From NCBI GenBank assembly GCA_964478325.1, contig CAYZIA010000001.1, positions 1 through 60,157 of the forward strand: 60,157 bases of DNA. The letters are read 5' to 3'. The notes beneath the pieces were generated by a model. That model saw nothing but the letters and a program-made list of their open reading frames with translations. It was not told the origin of the DNA and searched no databases. Shown here one piece after another: positions 16,688 through 27,459 of the stretch. The DNA is from an uncultured Weeksellaceae bacterium. GTDB taxonomy: Bacteria > Bacteroidota > Bacteroidia > Flavobacteriales > BACL11. Position 1 is the first letter of the stretch. Each line of letters starts with the position of its first letter. The translations under genes and the position numbers were made by a program.

Positions 16688-18700
16688 ATGAAAAAGCTAT
16701 TAGTTATAATATTCTTTCTATTTGTTGGGGGTTTTACAAATGCTCAAATTATAGATCCTGTAATTTGGGAATTTTCACAAAGCACTATTTCAGATTCAGA
16801 AGTTGAACTACACTTTAAAGCGAGTATTGAAAAGCATTGGCATTTATATTCTCAATTTACTGGGCAATATTATAATGATGAGGGCCCCATTCCTACATCC
16901 TTTGTTTTCAAGGAATCAGATTTTTTTATCAAAAAGGATAGTGTTATAGAAGAACTCCCTATAGAAGATTATGATCCTATTTGGGAAGAAACATTAAAAT
17001 ACTATGAAGAAGAAGTTACTTTTCGACAGAGAATAAAATTACTAACTAAAGATCCATTTAATATAACAGGAGAGATTAATTTTATGGTATGCGATGAGGC
17101 TCAATGTGTTTTTCCAATGCCACTCCCTTTTTCATTTAATATCAATTCAGAGGGCAGTATTCAAGAGACAGAAAAACAGAAGATAGTTACGAATCAAGAT
17201 ATTCTAAATACAAAAAAATATAATGACAAATTAGTAAACTTAGGCAAGCCTTCTACTGATTGTGGCGAAAAGAAATCTAAAGAGAACTCTTTATGGGCTA
17301 TTTTTATCTTAGGACTTTTAGGCGGACTTATTGCCCTTATAACACCTTGTGTTTTCCCCATGATTCCTCTTACTGTTAGCTTTTTTACTAAAGGGGAAAA
17401 AGGCAAGGGCATGTTCAATGCGGCTATGTATGGCTTTTTCATTATGCTGATTTATTTTCTGTTAAGCATCCCATTTCATCTAATGCCAAATATTGACCCT
17501 GAAATATTAAATCAGATTTCCACAAATAGTTGGTTGAACCTATTTTTCTTTGCTATCTTCATAGCTTTTGCACTTTCCTTTTTTGGGTATTATGAGCTAA
17601 CTCTTCCAAGTAAATGGGGTAATAAGGCTGATGCAGGGTCTAATATTGGCGGATTAATTGGCATCTTTTTTATGGCGCTAACTTTAGCAATTGTTTCATT
17701 CTCTTGCACAGGGCCAATTTTAGGATCACTTTTAGCAGGAACTTTGGGTGGAGATGTGAGTACAGTCAATCTTTTAGGAATGGAATTTAAAATGGTTGCG
17801 ACTAAATTAACGGCTGGCATGACAGGATTTGGTTTAGCCCTAGGGTTGCCATTTGCCTTATTTGCGCTATTTCCAAAACTATTAGATACCCTTCCTCAAT
17901 CAGGAGGGTGGCTAAATTCAGTAAAGGTAGTATTAGGGTTTTTAGAAGTAGCATTGGCTATTAAGTTTCTTTCTAATGCCGATATGGTAGAGCAATGGGG
18001 ACTGATAAAAAGAGAAACATTTTTTGTGCTTTGGTTTATTGTTGGTGTGCTGACGGTACTATATTTAGTTGGCAAAATTCAATTCCCTCATGATTCTAAA
18101 TTATTAAGGATATCCAAAATGCGGTATGCTTTTATTTTATCTTTTTTGCTATTTACTATTTATTTAATTCCTGGGATGTTTGGTGCGCATCTAAATTGGT
18201 GGGAGCATGAGGCTTTAAGTGGATTCCCGCCACCACTAAGCTATAGCTATACATATGAGCAAGAAGAAAAAGAAATCTTTTTTGATTATTGGGAGGCGAT
18301 AGAATTTGCAGAAAAAGAGAGTAAAGCCGGATTTATTGAGTTTACAGGTTGGGCTTGCGTCAATTGTAGAAAAATGGAAGAAAATGTATTCCCAGAGGTA
18401 GAAAATTTATTAGATGAATTCGTACTTTGTCAACTTTATGTGGATGAGGATGTTTTATTAAATAATCCTGAAACGGTAGTTGTCCCTACATCTGATGGAA
18501 AAACAAAGAAGAAAACGTTAAAAACAATTGGAAATAAATGGAGTACTTTGCAAGCGGTAACTTATGCAAGTTCATCACAGCCATACTATGTACTTTATAG
18601 TCCAAAAATAGGACTTTTAACGAACCCTATTGGCTATACACCTAATATTAGTGAATTTGAAAAATGGCTAAAATGTGGGTTAGCCGAATTCAATAAATAA
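16688..18700 (+). CDS. DsbD-family protein-disulfide reductase (thiol:disulfide interchange protein)
   Basis: 670-aa ORF with a signal peptide and an N-terminal periplasmic domain. The central polytopic domain has ITPCVFPMIPL and SFSCTGPILG (cytochrome c biogenesis / DsbD transmembrane motifs). The C-terminal thioredoxin fold has WACVNC. Confidence 0.85.
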   Translation: MKKLLVIIFFLFVGGFTNAQIIDPVIWEFSQSTISDSEVELHFKASIEKHWHLYSQFTGQYYNDEGPIPTSFVFKESDFFIKKDSVIEELPIEDYDPIWEETLKYYEEEVTFRQRIKLLTKDPFNITGEINFMVCDEAQCVFPMPLPFSFNINSEGSIQETEKQKIVTNQDILNTKKYNDKLVNLGKPSTDCGEKKSKENSLWAIFILGLLGGLIALITPCVFPMIPLTVSFFTKGEKGKGMFNAAMYGFFIMLIYFLLSIPFHLMPNIDPEILNQISTNSWLNLFFFAIFIAFALSFFGYYELTLPSKWGNKADAGSNIGGLIGIFFMALTLAIVSFSCTGPILGSLLAGTLGGDVSTVNLLGMEFKMVATKLTAGMTGFGLALGLPFALFALFPKLLDTLPQSGGWLNSVKVVLGFLEVALAIKFLSNADMVEQWGLIKRETFFVLWFIVGVLTVLYLVGKIQFPHDSKLLRISKMRYAFILSFLLFTIYLIPGMFGAHLNWWEHEALSGFPPPLSYSYTYEQEEKEIFFDYWEAIEFAEKESKAGFIEFTGWACVNCRKMEENVFPEVENLLDEFVLCQLYVDEDVLLNNPETVVVPTSDGKTKKKTLKTIGNKWSTLQAVTYASSSQPYYVLYSPKIGLLTNPIGYTPNISEFEKWLKCGLAEFNK

Positions 18701-18750
18701 AAAGGCATTATAAATTCCTTATATTCGCATCTTTAAAATCAACAGTTATT

Positions 18751-19839
18751 ATGGCAAAAAAGAAAATCATTACTAAAAATTCTGAAAAGTTTTTAGAAAA
18801 ATATTTGAATAATTGTTCTCCAACAGGATTTGAAAGTGAGGGACAAAAATTATGGCTAGAATATATCAAACCCTATATTGACGAGCATTTTGTAGATACT
18901 TATGGTTCTGTTGTTGGGGTAATCAATCCGAAAGCAAAATATAAAGTGGTTATAGAAGCGCATGCGGATGAAATTTCATGGTTTGTACATTATATAACTA
19001 AAGAGGGCTTTATTTATTTGATTCGTAACGGAGGTTCTGACCATCAGATTGCACCATCAAAAAGGGTAAATATTCACACCCAAAAAGGCATGGTGAAAGC
19101 AGTTTTTGGTTGGCCTGCAATTCATACGCGTAAGGCAGGAACGGAGAAAACACCAAAAGTAGAAAATATCTTTTTAGATTGTGGTTGTGATAGTAAAAAG
19201 GCAGTGGAAAAATTGGGTATTCATGTGGGTTGTGTGGTTACTTATGAAGATACATTTATGCTTCTCAATAAGAATTTTTATGTAGGAAGAGCTTTGGATA
19301 ATAGAATGGGTGGATTTGTGATTGCTGAAGTTGCAAGGTTACTCAAAGAAAACAAAGTTAAATTACCTTTTGGACTGTATATTACCAATTCTGTTCAGGA
19401 AGAAGTAGGACTCAGGGGAGCGCAAATGATTACAGAAAGCATAAAACCAGATGTTGCTATTATTACGGATGTTTGTCATGACACCAACACCCCAATGATT
19501 GATAAAATTAAAGAGGGGGATACAAAGTGTGGAGATGGTCCAGTCCTTACTTATGGTCCAGCAGTTCAAAATAATTTACTGAAACTAATTATTAATTCTG
19601 CTGAAAAGAATAAAATTCCTTTCCAAAGAAATGCTGCTTCTCGTTCAACTGGAACGGACACAGATGCTTTCGCCTATTCTACAGGTGGAGTAGCTTCTGC
19701 TCTTATTTCTTTGCCGTTAAGGTATATGCACACTACTGTGGAAAGTGCGCATAAAAATGATGTAGAAAATGTAATTCGATTGATGTTTGAATCTTTGAAA
19801 ACGATTAAAAATAATCAGGATTTTAGGTATTTGAAGTAG
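18751..19839 (+). CDS. M42 family metallopeptidase (glutamyl aminopeptidase / FrvX-like)
   Basis: 362-aa ORF with EAHADEI, RALDNRMGG and QEEVGLRGA motifs typical of M42 peptidases. Confidence 0.8.
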   Translation: MAKKKIITKNSEKFLEKYLNNCSPTGFESEGQKLWLEYIKPYIDEHFVDTYGSVVGVINPKAKYKVVIEAHADEISWFVHYITKEGFIYLIRNGGSDHQIAPSKRVNIHTQKGMVKAVFGWPAIHTRKAGTEKTPKVENIFLDCGCDSKKAVEKLGIHVGCVVTYEDTFMLLNKNFYVGRALDNRMGGFVIAEVARLLKENKVKLPFGLYITNSVQEEVGLRGAQMITESIKPDVAIITDVCHDTNTPMIDKIKEGDTKCGDGPVLTYGPAVQNNLLKLIINSAEKNKIPFQRNAASRSTGTDTDAFAYSTGGVASALISLPLRYMHTTVESAHKNDVENVIRLMFESLKTIKNNQDFRYLK

Positions 19840-19842
19840 AGA

Positions 19843-20412
19843 TTAAACTTCATTATAGCGAAAACAATTTGTTAAATGGTCATTTACCATTCCTATGGCT
19901 TGCATGTGTGCGTAAACAATTGTGGAACCCACAAATTTGAATCCTCTCTTTTTTAAATCAGTACTTATTTTATTAGATAATGGAGTATTTGTTGGCAATT
20001 CTTTCATGCTTTTGAATTTATTTTGAATTGGGCTCCCATTTACAAAACCCCAAAGGTATTTAGAGAATGTACTAAATTCTTTTTGTACTTTCATAAAGGC
20101 AATAGCATTTGTTTTGGCAGCTTTTATTTTTAATTGGTTTCTAATTATTCTTTCATCCTTACCTAATATCTCTAATTTTTTATCAGAATATTTAGCAATT
20201 TTTTCATAGTTAAACTCATCAAAAGCGATTTTAAAATTTTCTCTTTTTTTGAGGATTGTAATCCAACTAAGCCCTGCTTGAAAAGTTTCTAAAAGTAAAA
20301 GTTCAAATATTTTTTTATCATTATAAATAGGGACACCCCATTCTTTGTCATGATATGCAATATAAAGGGAGCCTTTCTCAGCCCAATTACACCTTTTTAT
20401 CTCCCGTGACAT
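19843..20412 (-). CDS. tag: DNA-3-methyladenine glycosylase I
   Basis: 189-aa [25 protein letters not shown] and [15 protein letters not shown] are typical Tag motifs. The start overlaps the secA 3' end by 16 nt. Confidence 0.88.
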   Translation of the reverse strand: MSREIKRCNWAEKGSLYIAYHDKEWGVPIYNDKKIFELLLLETFQAGLSWITILKKRENFKIAFDEFNYEKIAKYSDKKLEILGKDERIIRNQLKIKAAKTNAIAFMKVQKEFSTFSKYLWGFVNGSPIQNKFKSMKELPTNTPLSNKISTDLKKRGFKFVGSTIVYAHMQAIGMVNDHLTNCFRYNEV

Positions 20413-23400
20413 TTTTTATATTTCTTCCCAGATCCGCATGGACATGGTTCATTTCTTCCTACTTTTTGTTCTACTCTTACTGGTTGTGTTTTTTGTGGAG
20501 GTTGTGGGGCTTGGTTCGGATTTTGAGGATTATTTGATGGAGTAGCCATTTCTGGGCGGCTTGTTTGTAAATTTGTTTCTGCTTGTCTTCTTTCCTCTTG
20601 CACTGCTGATTGTGTTGGTAAGCCAGCTTTCAATAGGAAAGAAACAATTTCTTTATTTACTTTATCAATAAAGATTTTGAATAAATTGAAAGATTCAAAT
20701 TTGTAAATCAAGAGTGGATCCTTCTGCTCATAAACAGCGTTCTGCACCGATTGTTTAAGCTCATCCATCTCTCTTAAATGCTCTTTCCATGTGTCGTCAA
20801 TTATAGCGAGCGTCACACTTTTTTCAATCGCTAGACCAATATTCTTCCCTTCTTGTTCTACCGATTTTTTCAGGTTAGTAACTACTTGTAGGGTTTTCAT
20901 CCCATCTGTAAAAGGCATCACAATATTTTCATAAGTAGCAGACTGATTTTCAAAAACATCTTTAATAATTGGGAAAGCTTTTTGAGCAATAGTTTCTGAT
21001 TTTAACTGATAATTTTTATAACAAGATTTGTAAGTCTTGTCTACAATTTCATGCATATCCAAATCTTGAAATTCTTGTTCAGAAACTGAACTGTCACTTG
21101 CCAGAAAGCGAATTAAATCTAGTTTGAAATTTTCAAAATCTTTTACTTCATGGGTTTGCTCTACAATACTTTCGCAAGTATCATAAATCATATTGGAAAT
21201 ATCTAAAGAAAGTCTATCACCATGAAGCGCATGCCTTCTTTTTTTATAAATCACTTCTCTTTGCTGATTCATTACATCATCATATTCCAACAATCTTTTT
21301 CGAATCCCAAAATTATTTTCTTCTACTTTTTTCTGTGCCCTTTCTATGGATTTACTCACCATGGAATGCTGAATAACTTCCCCTTCTTCCAAGCCCATTC
21401 GATCCATTAGTTTTGCAATTCTTTCCGAGCCGAAAAGCCGCATCAAATTATCTTCTAAGGAAACAAAAAATTGAGAAGAACCAGGATCTCCTTGTCTCCC
21501 TGATCGGCCTCTTAGCTGCCTATCTACTCTTCTTGAATCATGTCTTTCTGTACCCAGAATTGCCAAACCGCCAGCCTGTTTCACCTCATCTGAAAGCTTA
21601 ATATCCGTTCCTCTACCAGCCATATTGGTAGCAATAGTTACAACAGATGCCTTTCCGGCTTCTGCTACAATATCTGCTTCTCTTTGGTGTAGTTTTGCAT
21701 TCAGCACATTGTGTTTAATATTTCTCATCTTAAGCGTTCGGCTGAGTAGTTCTGAAATTTCAACAGAGGTAGTCCCAACTAATATTGGTCTTCCTGCTTT
21801 TGTTAAAGCATCAATTTCTTCAATTACAGCATTGTATTTTTCACGATTTGTTTTGTAAACCAAATCATTTTTGTCATCTCGAACAATTGGGCGATTGGTA
21901 GGAATTACGACAACATCCAATTTGTAAATTTCCCAAAATTCCCCAGCTTCTGTTTCAGCAGTACCGGTCATTCCAGATAGCTTATTGTACATTCTGAAAT
22001 AATTTTGAAGTGTAATAGTGGCATAAGTTTGGGTGGCTTCTTCAATTTTCACATTTTCTTTAGCTTCAATTGCTTGGTGCAACCCATCAGAATATCTTCT
22101 GCCTTCCATGATACGGCCTGTCTGTTCATCTACAATTTTTACTTTGTTATCCATTACCACATACTCCACATCTTTTTCAAACAAAGTATACGCTTTCAAA
22201 AGCTGATTTACCGTATGAATCCTCTCGCTTTTTATAGCGAAATCTCTGAGCAGTTCTTCTTTTTTAGTATCTCTTTTTTTATCTGATAGTCCTGCTTTTT
22301 CTAGTTCTGCAATTTCCATGCCAACATCAGGCATTACAAAGAAATTTTTATCTTCAATTTCTTTTGTCATCAAGTCAATCCCCTTCTCAGTTAACTCAAT
22401 AGTATTTTGTTTTTCATCAATTACAAAGAAAAGCTCCTCATCTACTTTATGCATTTCCTTACTTTGCTCCTGCATATAAAAATTCTCTGTTTTTTGTAGT
22501 TGCATTTTCACCCCTTCTTCACTTAAAAACTTAATAAGTGCTTTATTTTTAGGGAGCCCTCTATAAGCCATCAGCAGGTTAAAACCAGCATCATCCATTT
22601 TCTTTTCTGCAAACATCTTTTTAGCATCAGAAATAACGGTAGTAACAAACTTTTTTTGCACAGAAAAAAGACGTTCTAAATTATGTTTTAGTTCATTATA
22701 TTCGTGCACATCACCTTTTGGAATTGGGCCGGAAATAATAAGTGGCGTACGGGCATCATCAACAAGCACAGAATCTACCTCATCTACAATAGTATAATGG
22801 TGTTTTCTTTGCACCAAATCATTTGATCTTCTTGCCATATTATCACGTAAATAGTCAAAACCAAATTCGTTATTTGTGCCATATGTAATATCGGCTAAAT
22901 AGGCCTTTTTTCTTTCATCAGAATTTGGTTGATGATTATCAATACAATCGATACTTAGGCCATGAAATTGAAAAATTGGTCCCATCCATTCAGAATCCCT
23001 TTTCGCTAAATAGTTATTCACAGTTACTAGATGGACGCCCAAGCCAGTTAGCGCATTCAAATAAACAGGCAAAGTAGCCACCAAAGTTTTCCCTTCCCCT
23101 GTTGCCATTTCGGCAATTTTTCCTTGATGCAATACAACCCCACCAACCAATTGCACATCATAATGAATCATATCCCAACTGATTTCATTTCCTGCAGCTA
23201 CCCAAGAATTTTTATAAATAGCTTTTTCACCATTAATACTAACAAAATCTTTATTTGCCGCTAAATTTCTATCAAAATCATTAGCAGAAACGGTGATAGT
23301 AGTATTATTTGAGAATCGTGTTGCGGTTTCTTTTACAACAGCAAATGCAGTAGGAAGAATTTTGTTTAGGGTTATTTCTATTTTCTCAATAACACTTTTC

Positions 23401-23684
23401 TCGATTTCATCTATTTTATTATAGATTTTCTCTTTTTCATCAATATCAATTCCTTTTTCATCTGATTTAGTTTTTAATGATTTGATTTCTTCTTTTTCAG
23501 AAAAGACACTTTCTTCTATTTTTGCTTTTAACTCAATTGTTTTTGAACGCAATTCATCATTGCTAATAGTAGTTATTTTTTCATGCTCAGCATGAATTTG
23601 CTTAATAATTGGCTCAATACTTTTTATATCCTTATCATATTTTTTGCCAAATAATTTGGTAACCAAGTTAAAAATGCCCGCCAT
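20397..23684 (-). CDS. secA: preprotein translocase ATPase SecA
   Basis: 1095-aa ORF. It has the DEAD-like motor ([48 protein letters not shown]) and the C-terminal zinc-binding tail [14 protein letters not shown]. Confidence 0.97.
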   Translation of the reverse strand: MAGIFNLVTKLFGKKYDKDIKSIEPIIKQIHAEHEKITTISNDELRSKTIELKAKIEESVFSEKEEIKSLKTKSDEKGIDIDEKEKIYNKIDEIEKSVIEKIEITLNKILPTAFAVVKETATRFSNNTTITVSANDFDRNLAANKDFVSINGEKAIYKNSWVAAGNEISWDMIHYDVQLVGGVVLHQGKIAEMATGEGKTLVATLPVYLNALTGLGVHLVTVNNYLAKRDSEWMGPIFQFHGLSIDCIDNHQPNSDERKKAYLADITYGTNNEFGFDYLRDNMARRSNDLVQRKHHYTIVDEVDSVLVDDARTPLIISGPIPKGDVHEYNELKHNLERLFSVQKKFVTTVISDAKKMFAEKKMDDAGFNLLMAYRGLPKNKALIKFLSEEGVKMQLQKTENFYMQEQSKEMHKVDEELFFVIDEKQNTIELTEKGIDLMTKEIEDKNFFVMPDVGMEIAELEKAGLSDKKRDTKKEELLRDFAIKSERIHTVNQLLKAYTLFEKDVEYVVMDNKVKIVDEQTGRIMEGRRYSDGLHQAIEAKENVKIEEATQTYATITLQNYFRMYNKLSGMTGTAETEAGEFWEIYKLDVVVIPTNRPIVRDDKNDLVYKTNREKYNAVIEEIDALTKAGRPILVGTTSVEISELLSRTLKMRNIKHNVLNAKLHQREADIVAEAGKASVVTIATNMAGRGTDIKLSDEVKQAGGLAILGTERHDSRRVDRQLRGRSGRQGDPGSSQFFVSLEDNLMRLFGSERIAKLMDRMGLEEGEVIQHSMVSKSIERAQKKVEENNFGIRKRLLEYDDVMNQQREVIYKKRRHALHGDRLSLDISNMIYDTCESIVEQTHEVKDFENFKLDLIRFLASDSSVSEQEFQDLDMHEIVDKTYKSCYKNYQLKSETIAQKAFPIIKDVFENQSATYENIVMPFTDGMKTLQVVTNLKKSVEQEGKNIGLAIEKSVTLAIIDDTWKEHLREMDELKQSVQNAVYEQKDPLLIYKFESFNLFKIFIDKVNKEIVSFLLKAGLPTQSAVQEERRQAETNLQTSRPEMATPSNNPQNPNQAPQPPQKTQPVRVEQKVGRNEPCPCGSGKKYKKCHGR

Positions 23685-23707
23685 ATTAATTTTTTAAATA
23701 GAAGGAG

Positions 23708-23715
23708 CAAAGGTA
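23708..23715 (-). promoter_or_regulatory. putative -7 promoter box (TAnnTTTG) upstream of secA
   Basis: The complement of caaaggta reads TACCTTTG. It lies 23 nt upstream of the secA ATG (23684). Confidence 0.45.
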
Positions 23716-23757
23716 GTTAAAAGAAGATGTTTTTAGAAAAAAGCAACGAAGCTTTTT

Positions 23758-23979
23758 TTAGTATTCATCTTCATTAAAAAAGAAATCTTCTTTGGTAGGA
23801 TAGTCAGGCCAAATTTCTTCAATAGATTCGTATATTTCACCCTCAACACTTAGCTCTTGTAGATTTTCTACCACTTCCAAAGGCGCACCCGAACGGATGG
23901 CAAAATCTATTAGCTCATCTTTTGTTGCTGGCCAAGGGGCATCTTCTAATTTTGATGCTAATTCTAATGTCCAATACAT
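23758..23979 (-). CDS. DUF2795 domain protein
   Basis: The track ORF 23758..24003 starts at TTG. The ATG at 23979 (MYWTLELASKLEDAPWPATKDELIDFAIRSGAPLEVVENLQEL) is the more likely start, because a TAnnTTTG box overlaps the TTG. The pattern matches DUF2795 as I recall it. Confidence 0.65.
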   Translation of the reverse strand: MYWTLELASKLEDAPWPATKDELIDFAIRSGAPLEVVENLQELSVEGEIYESIEEIWPDYPTKEDFFFNEDEY

Positions 23980-24000
23980 AATCTCTCTTATTTGGTTTTG

Positions 24001-24008
24001 CAAAAGTA
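24001..24008 (-). promoter_or_regulatory. putative -7 promoter box (TAnnTTTG) upstream of DUF2795 gene
   Basis: The complement of caaaagta reads TACTTTTG. It lies 21 nt upstream of the ATG at 23979. Confidence 0.4.
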
Positions 24009-24025
24009 ATTTTTTTGTCGAATTA

Positions 24026-24571
24026 TTAAAACTTAATCCAACAAATTTCAGATCCTTCTTTTTCTTTCAAAATTAATCTAGCAAGTACAAATAAATAGTC
24101 AGATAAACGATTGAGATACTTCAAACAATTTGCACTTATTTTCTGTTCAGATTGTAGCGTAACAATTCTTCTTTCAGCTCTTCTGCAAATTGTTCTAGTA
24201 ATTTGACAAAGGGAGAAAATAGGATGTCCGCAAGGCAAAATAAATTCAGTTAATGGTGGTAATTTTTCCTCCATTTTATCAATCTCATTCTCTAAATCTA
24301 AAATATTCTCTTTTGTTATTACAGGTAGTTTTATCTGTGATTTTCTCCCGTCAAAAGCTAAAAGACAACCTAGATTAAAAAGTTGATTTTGAACTTTTAG
24401 TAAGATAGCTTTATGATTTTCACTTATTTCTTGATCGTGAATATACCCAATGTAAGCATTAAGCTCATCAATAGTACCATAAGCTTCAAGGCGAATATTA
24501 TTCTTTCGAACCTTTGTTCCTCCAAGTAAACTACTCTCTCCCTTATCTCCTTTTTTGGTATAAATTTTCAT
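24026..24571 (-). CDS. ATP:cob(I)alamin adenosyltransferase, PduO type
   Basis: 181-aa ORF. MKIYTKKGDKGESSLLGGTKV.K...R.EAYGTIDELNAYIG is the classic PduO/MMAB-type N-terminus. Confidence 0.85.
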   Translation of the reverse strand: MKIYTKKGDKGESSLLGGTKVRKNNIRLEAYGTIDELNAYIGYIHDQEISENHKAILLKVQNQLFNLGCLLAFDGRKSQIKLPVITKENILDLENEIDKMEEKLPPLTEFILPCGHPIFSLCQITRTICRRAERRIVTLQSEQKISANCLKYLNRLSDYLFVLARLILKEKEGSEICWIKF

Positions 24572-24574
24572 ATT

Positions 24575-25264
24575 TTAATTATTTAAGGTATCGGATTCAA
24601 TTATGCCATCTTTTAGGCGAATGACTCTTCCAGCATATTTAGCTATATCTTCTTCATGAGTTACTACAATAATAGTATTTCCCTTTTGGTGAATTTTCTG
24701 AAATAGATTCATAATTTCAATAGAAGTTTCAGAATCCAAGTTTCCTGTTGGTTCATCTGCTAAAATAATAGAAGGGTTATTTACAATGGCTCTTGCAATG
24801 GCGACTCTTTGTCTTTGGCCACCAGAGAGTTCATTTGGTTTATGGGTCATTCTATCAGATAATCCAACATTTTCTAATGCTTTTTTTGCCATTATCTCCC
24901 TCTCTTCTTTTTTAATCCCTGCATAAATAAGTGGCAGTATAACATTTTCCAATGCCGTATATCTAGGCAAAAGATTAAAAGTTTGAAAAATAAATCCTAT
25001 CTCTTTGTTTCTTATATTAGCAAGTGAATTGTCATCCATTTTTTTTACATTGGCTCCATTCAAATTATAAGAACCAGAAGTTGGACTATCTAAGCAACCA
25101 ATCAAATTCATAAGAGTAGATTTTCCTGAGCCAGAAGCTCCCATTAAGGCAACAAACTCATTCTTTTTTATTGAAAAACTTACATCATTCAGCGCATTAA
25201 TAGCCACTGTTCCTACTTTAAAATGTCGGCTCAAATTTTCTGATGAAATAATTGTATTTTCCAC
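24575..25264 (-). CDS. ABC transporter ATP-binding protein (LolD/MacB-type ATPase)
   Basis: 229-aa ORF with a GTG start. It has Walker [10 protein letters not shown], the ABC signature [14 protein letters not shown] and Walker [12 protein letters not shown]. Confidence 0.88.
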   Translation of the reverse strand: MENTIISSENLSRHFKVGTVAINALNDVSFSIKKNEFVALMGASGSGKSTLMNLIGCLDSPTSGSYNLNGANVKKMDDNSLANIRNKEIGFIFQTFNLLPRYTALENVILPLIYAGIKKEEREIMAKKALENVGLSDRMTHKPNELSGGQRQRVAIARAIVNNPSIILADEPTGNLDSETSIEIMNLFQKIHQKGNTIIVVTHEEDIAKYAGRVIRLKDGIIESDTLNN

Positions 25265-25279
25265 AATACAAATGTAAGA

Positions 25280-26065
25280 TTAAAAGCGGATTATAAAATT
25301 TTCTTTACTTAATTCTGACTTAATAAAAACAATACCTAAAAAGAATAAATCAATTGTGAGGGTAGTCTTTTCATGTGCTTTCACGTACTCCCAAGCACTC
25401 TCCATGCCGGAAGACCAATGAATATCATCAAAAATAAAGACAGAATCATTATTAGCGTATCTCAAAATTTCTTCAAAATAATAGGTAGTTGGTTTTTCTT
25501 GATGGTTGCCATCAATAAAAGCTAAATCAACATTTTTTATTCTTTCTAATTTTTGTGTTAATGTATGCTTAAAATCACCAATTGTAATATCGATATTTTC
25601 TAAATTCATTTTATCAAAATTTTCCTTAGCCAATTGGGCAGTTTCTGGGCACCCTTCAAATGTAAAAACATTTATACCAGTTCTTCTATATGCTAAATAA
25701 GCAGTACTAATTCCTAAGGAAGTGCCAAGTTCTATTATATTTTTTGGCCCAAAAAAATGACAGATTCGATAAAGTAATTGTCCAAATTTTACATCTTTAG
25801 AAGAATTTTTTGCTACATCTTTTACCATTCTTTTCTTATTATCATTTATACTACTTCCTGCCCCAAAATCAGTAATTTGAATAATTTTTTCTGATCTGCA
25901 AAGTTCTTTTCTTAAAAGCTCAATAGTGTTGCAATGCTCGTTTCCCGTTTTTTCATTTAGTATTTTTGTAATAAAGGTATATAGAAATGGAGCATGAGCT
26001 GAGTGCTTTCCTTTAGCAGAAAATAAATATCTTAAATACCGAATGATAAGTTGTAGTTTTTTCAT
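25280..26065 (-). CDS. class I SAM-dependent methyltransferase
   Basis: 261-aa ORF with a glycine-rich SAM-binding loop (IIELGTSLGISTAYLA) and FIDGNH / FDDIHW blocks, like O-methyltransferase family 3 proteins. Confidence 0.65.
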   Translation of the reverse strand: MKKLQLIIRYLRYLFSAKGKHSAHAPFLYTFITKILNEKTGNEHCNTIELLRKELCRSEKIIQITDFGAGSSINDNKKRMVKDVAKNSSKDVKFGQLLYRICHFFGPKNIIELGTSLGISTAYLAYRRTGINVFTFEGCPETAQLAKENFDKMNLENIDITIGDFKHTLTQKLERIKNVDLAFIDGNHQEKPTTYYFEEILRYANNDSVFIFDDIHWSSGMESAWEYVKAHEKTTLTIDLFFLGIVFIKSELSKENFIIRF

Positions 26066-26097
26066 GAGTGGCGAAAATACAACTTAAATTATAAAAT

Positions 26098-27459
26098 TTA
26101 CTTGACAAAAATCTTCTCACAAATCTTTTTATTAATGCATACAAAGTAAAAATTAGGAGGTAAGTTTTTTATTTGAATTTTGTTTTTGCCTTGATTTACA
26201 GCAATAGTTTTAATATTTTTACCAAGCAAGTCGGTAATTTGCAATATAGAATTTTCTGAAAAATCAGACTCAATATACAAGACTCCATCAGAAGGATTAG
26301 GATAAACTAGAACTTTGGAAAATATTTCATCTACATTAGAAGTAGAAGCATAAGTGATGCCTTTATAAGGCTGCATAATAGCTTGTTGGCTTCCGTTTGT
26401 ATTGGTAAATCGTACTCTTGCTTTTCCGGTATCAGGCCCAACCATTACTGGGTCAGTAAAAAAATGGAATGAAAAATCAATGGTATCATTAGCGGCTATT
26501 ATTACTGAGGTTGTGTCTTGGCTTGCTGGGAGACAAAAAGTAACGCACATAGAACTCTCCCAACTATTAGATGGCAGATTGTTTATTACTCTTTGTATAT
26601 TTACTTGCACTCCATCATTACTCGTATTGATAAGTTCTCCAAAAATATCAATAACATCTCCTGGATTCCCATAAGATGTTACAGTAGACGTGCTTTTTAA
26701 TTGAAAATTAAAAGTACCATTTAGACCTGTAATTTGCGAACAACCACCAGAGTTTACTCCTAATAAACTATCTATATCACACCAAATATTGGTTGCCTGC
26801 CCATTTGGAGGATTAGAATTAGAAAACCAGCTATGATAGGCAAACAACATCCCACTTGTATCTATTAAATAAGCATTGTTTGGACCATTATAATAATTCC
26901 ACCATTCATTACAGGGGCCATCAATATAAATAGGTACAGAAATTGGAACTGGCACATATGATCCTGTTCCTACTCCATTTATCATATCTTGCAAATTCGC
27001 CTTTCTTTCAGCATAAGTATTTGGTTGATAATAAGGAGGATTAGTTGGATTTATATTTCCACTATAGGGCATTACACTGCCTGTTGGATGTGCTTCCACT
27101 GTATAGACTACAAAGCAAGCAATATCGTTTCCAAATTGTGTATTTACGGCATTTAGTACAGTCATGTGGTCACGAAAAATAGGACAAGTATAACTTCCAG
27201 CAACCATTAATACTCTTTTCCCTGTATTTAAAACAGAAGAAAGTGTTATGCTATTTCCGTTAATATCATATAAAGTAAAATCTGCCATTGTATCGCCAGC
27301 ATTGATTGCTATCCATGAGTTCCCTTGATTTCTAGGGATTATTGTACAAACAGAGTCTGTATCATTGGGCAAACTACCAATACCAATTGATGGTAAAAGT
27401 TGCACTTGTGCTTTAACAAAAAGCGGCAATAAAAAAAGTATTAAAATACTTTTTTTCAT
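26098..27459 (-). CDS. secreted deiodinase-like (single-Cys thioredoxin-fold) protein with T9SS type A C-terminal domain
   Basis: 453-aa ORF with a signal peptide (MKKSILILFLLPLFVKAQ). GKRVLMVAGSYTCPIFRDHM...FVVYTVEAHP resembles the iodothyronine deiodinase family core, with Cys in place of Sec. The C-terminus VLVYPNPSDGVLYIES...NFYFVCIN..KIFVK is a type A T9SS sorting domain. The start overlaps the upstream stop as ATGA (27456-27459). Confidence 0.6.
   Translation of the reverse strand: MKKSILILFLLPLFVKAQVQLLPSIGIGSLPNDTDSVCTIIPRNQGNSWIAINAGDTMADFTLYDINGNSITLSSVLNTGKRVLMVAGSYTCPIFRDHMTVLNAVNTQFGNDIACFVVYTVEAHPTGSVMPYSGNINPTNPPYYQPNTYAERKANLQDMINGVGTGSYVPVPISVPIYIDGPCNEWWNYYNGPNNAYLIDTSGMLFAYHSWFSNSNPPNGQATNIWCDIDSLLGVNSGGCSQITGLNGTFNFQLKSTSTVTSYGNPGDVIDIFGELINTSNDGVQVNIQRVINNLPSNSWESSMCVTFCLPASQDTTSVIIAANDTIDFSFHFFTDPVMVGPDTGKARVRFTNTNGSQQAIMQPYKGITYASTSNVDEIFSKVLVYPNPSDGVLYIESDFSENSILQITDLLGKNIKTIAVNQGKNKIQIKNLPPNFYFVCINKKICEKIFVK

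Noticed and set aside
27184-27186. Possible selenocysteine (TGA) recoding in the deiodinase-like gene.
   Set aside because: The codon at the Sec-equivalent position is TGT (Cys) and the ORF has no internal TGA.
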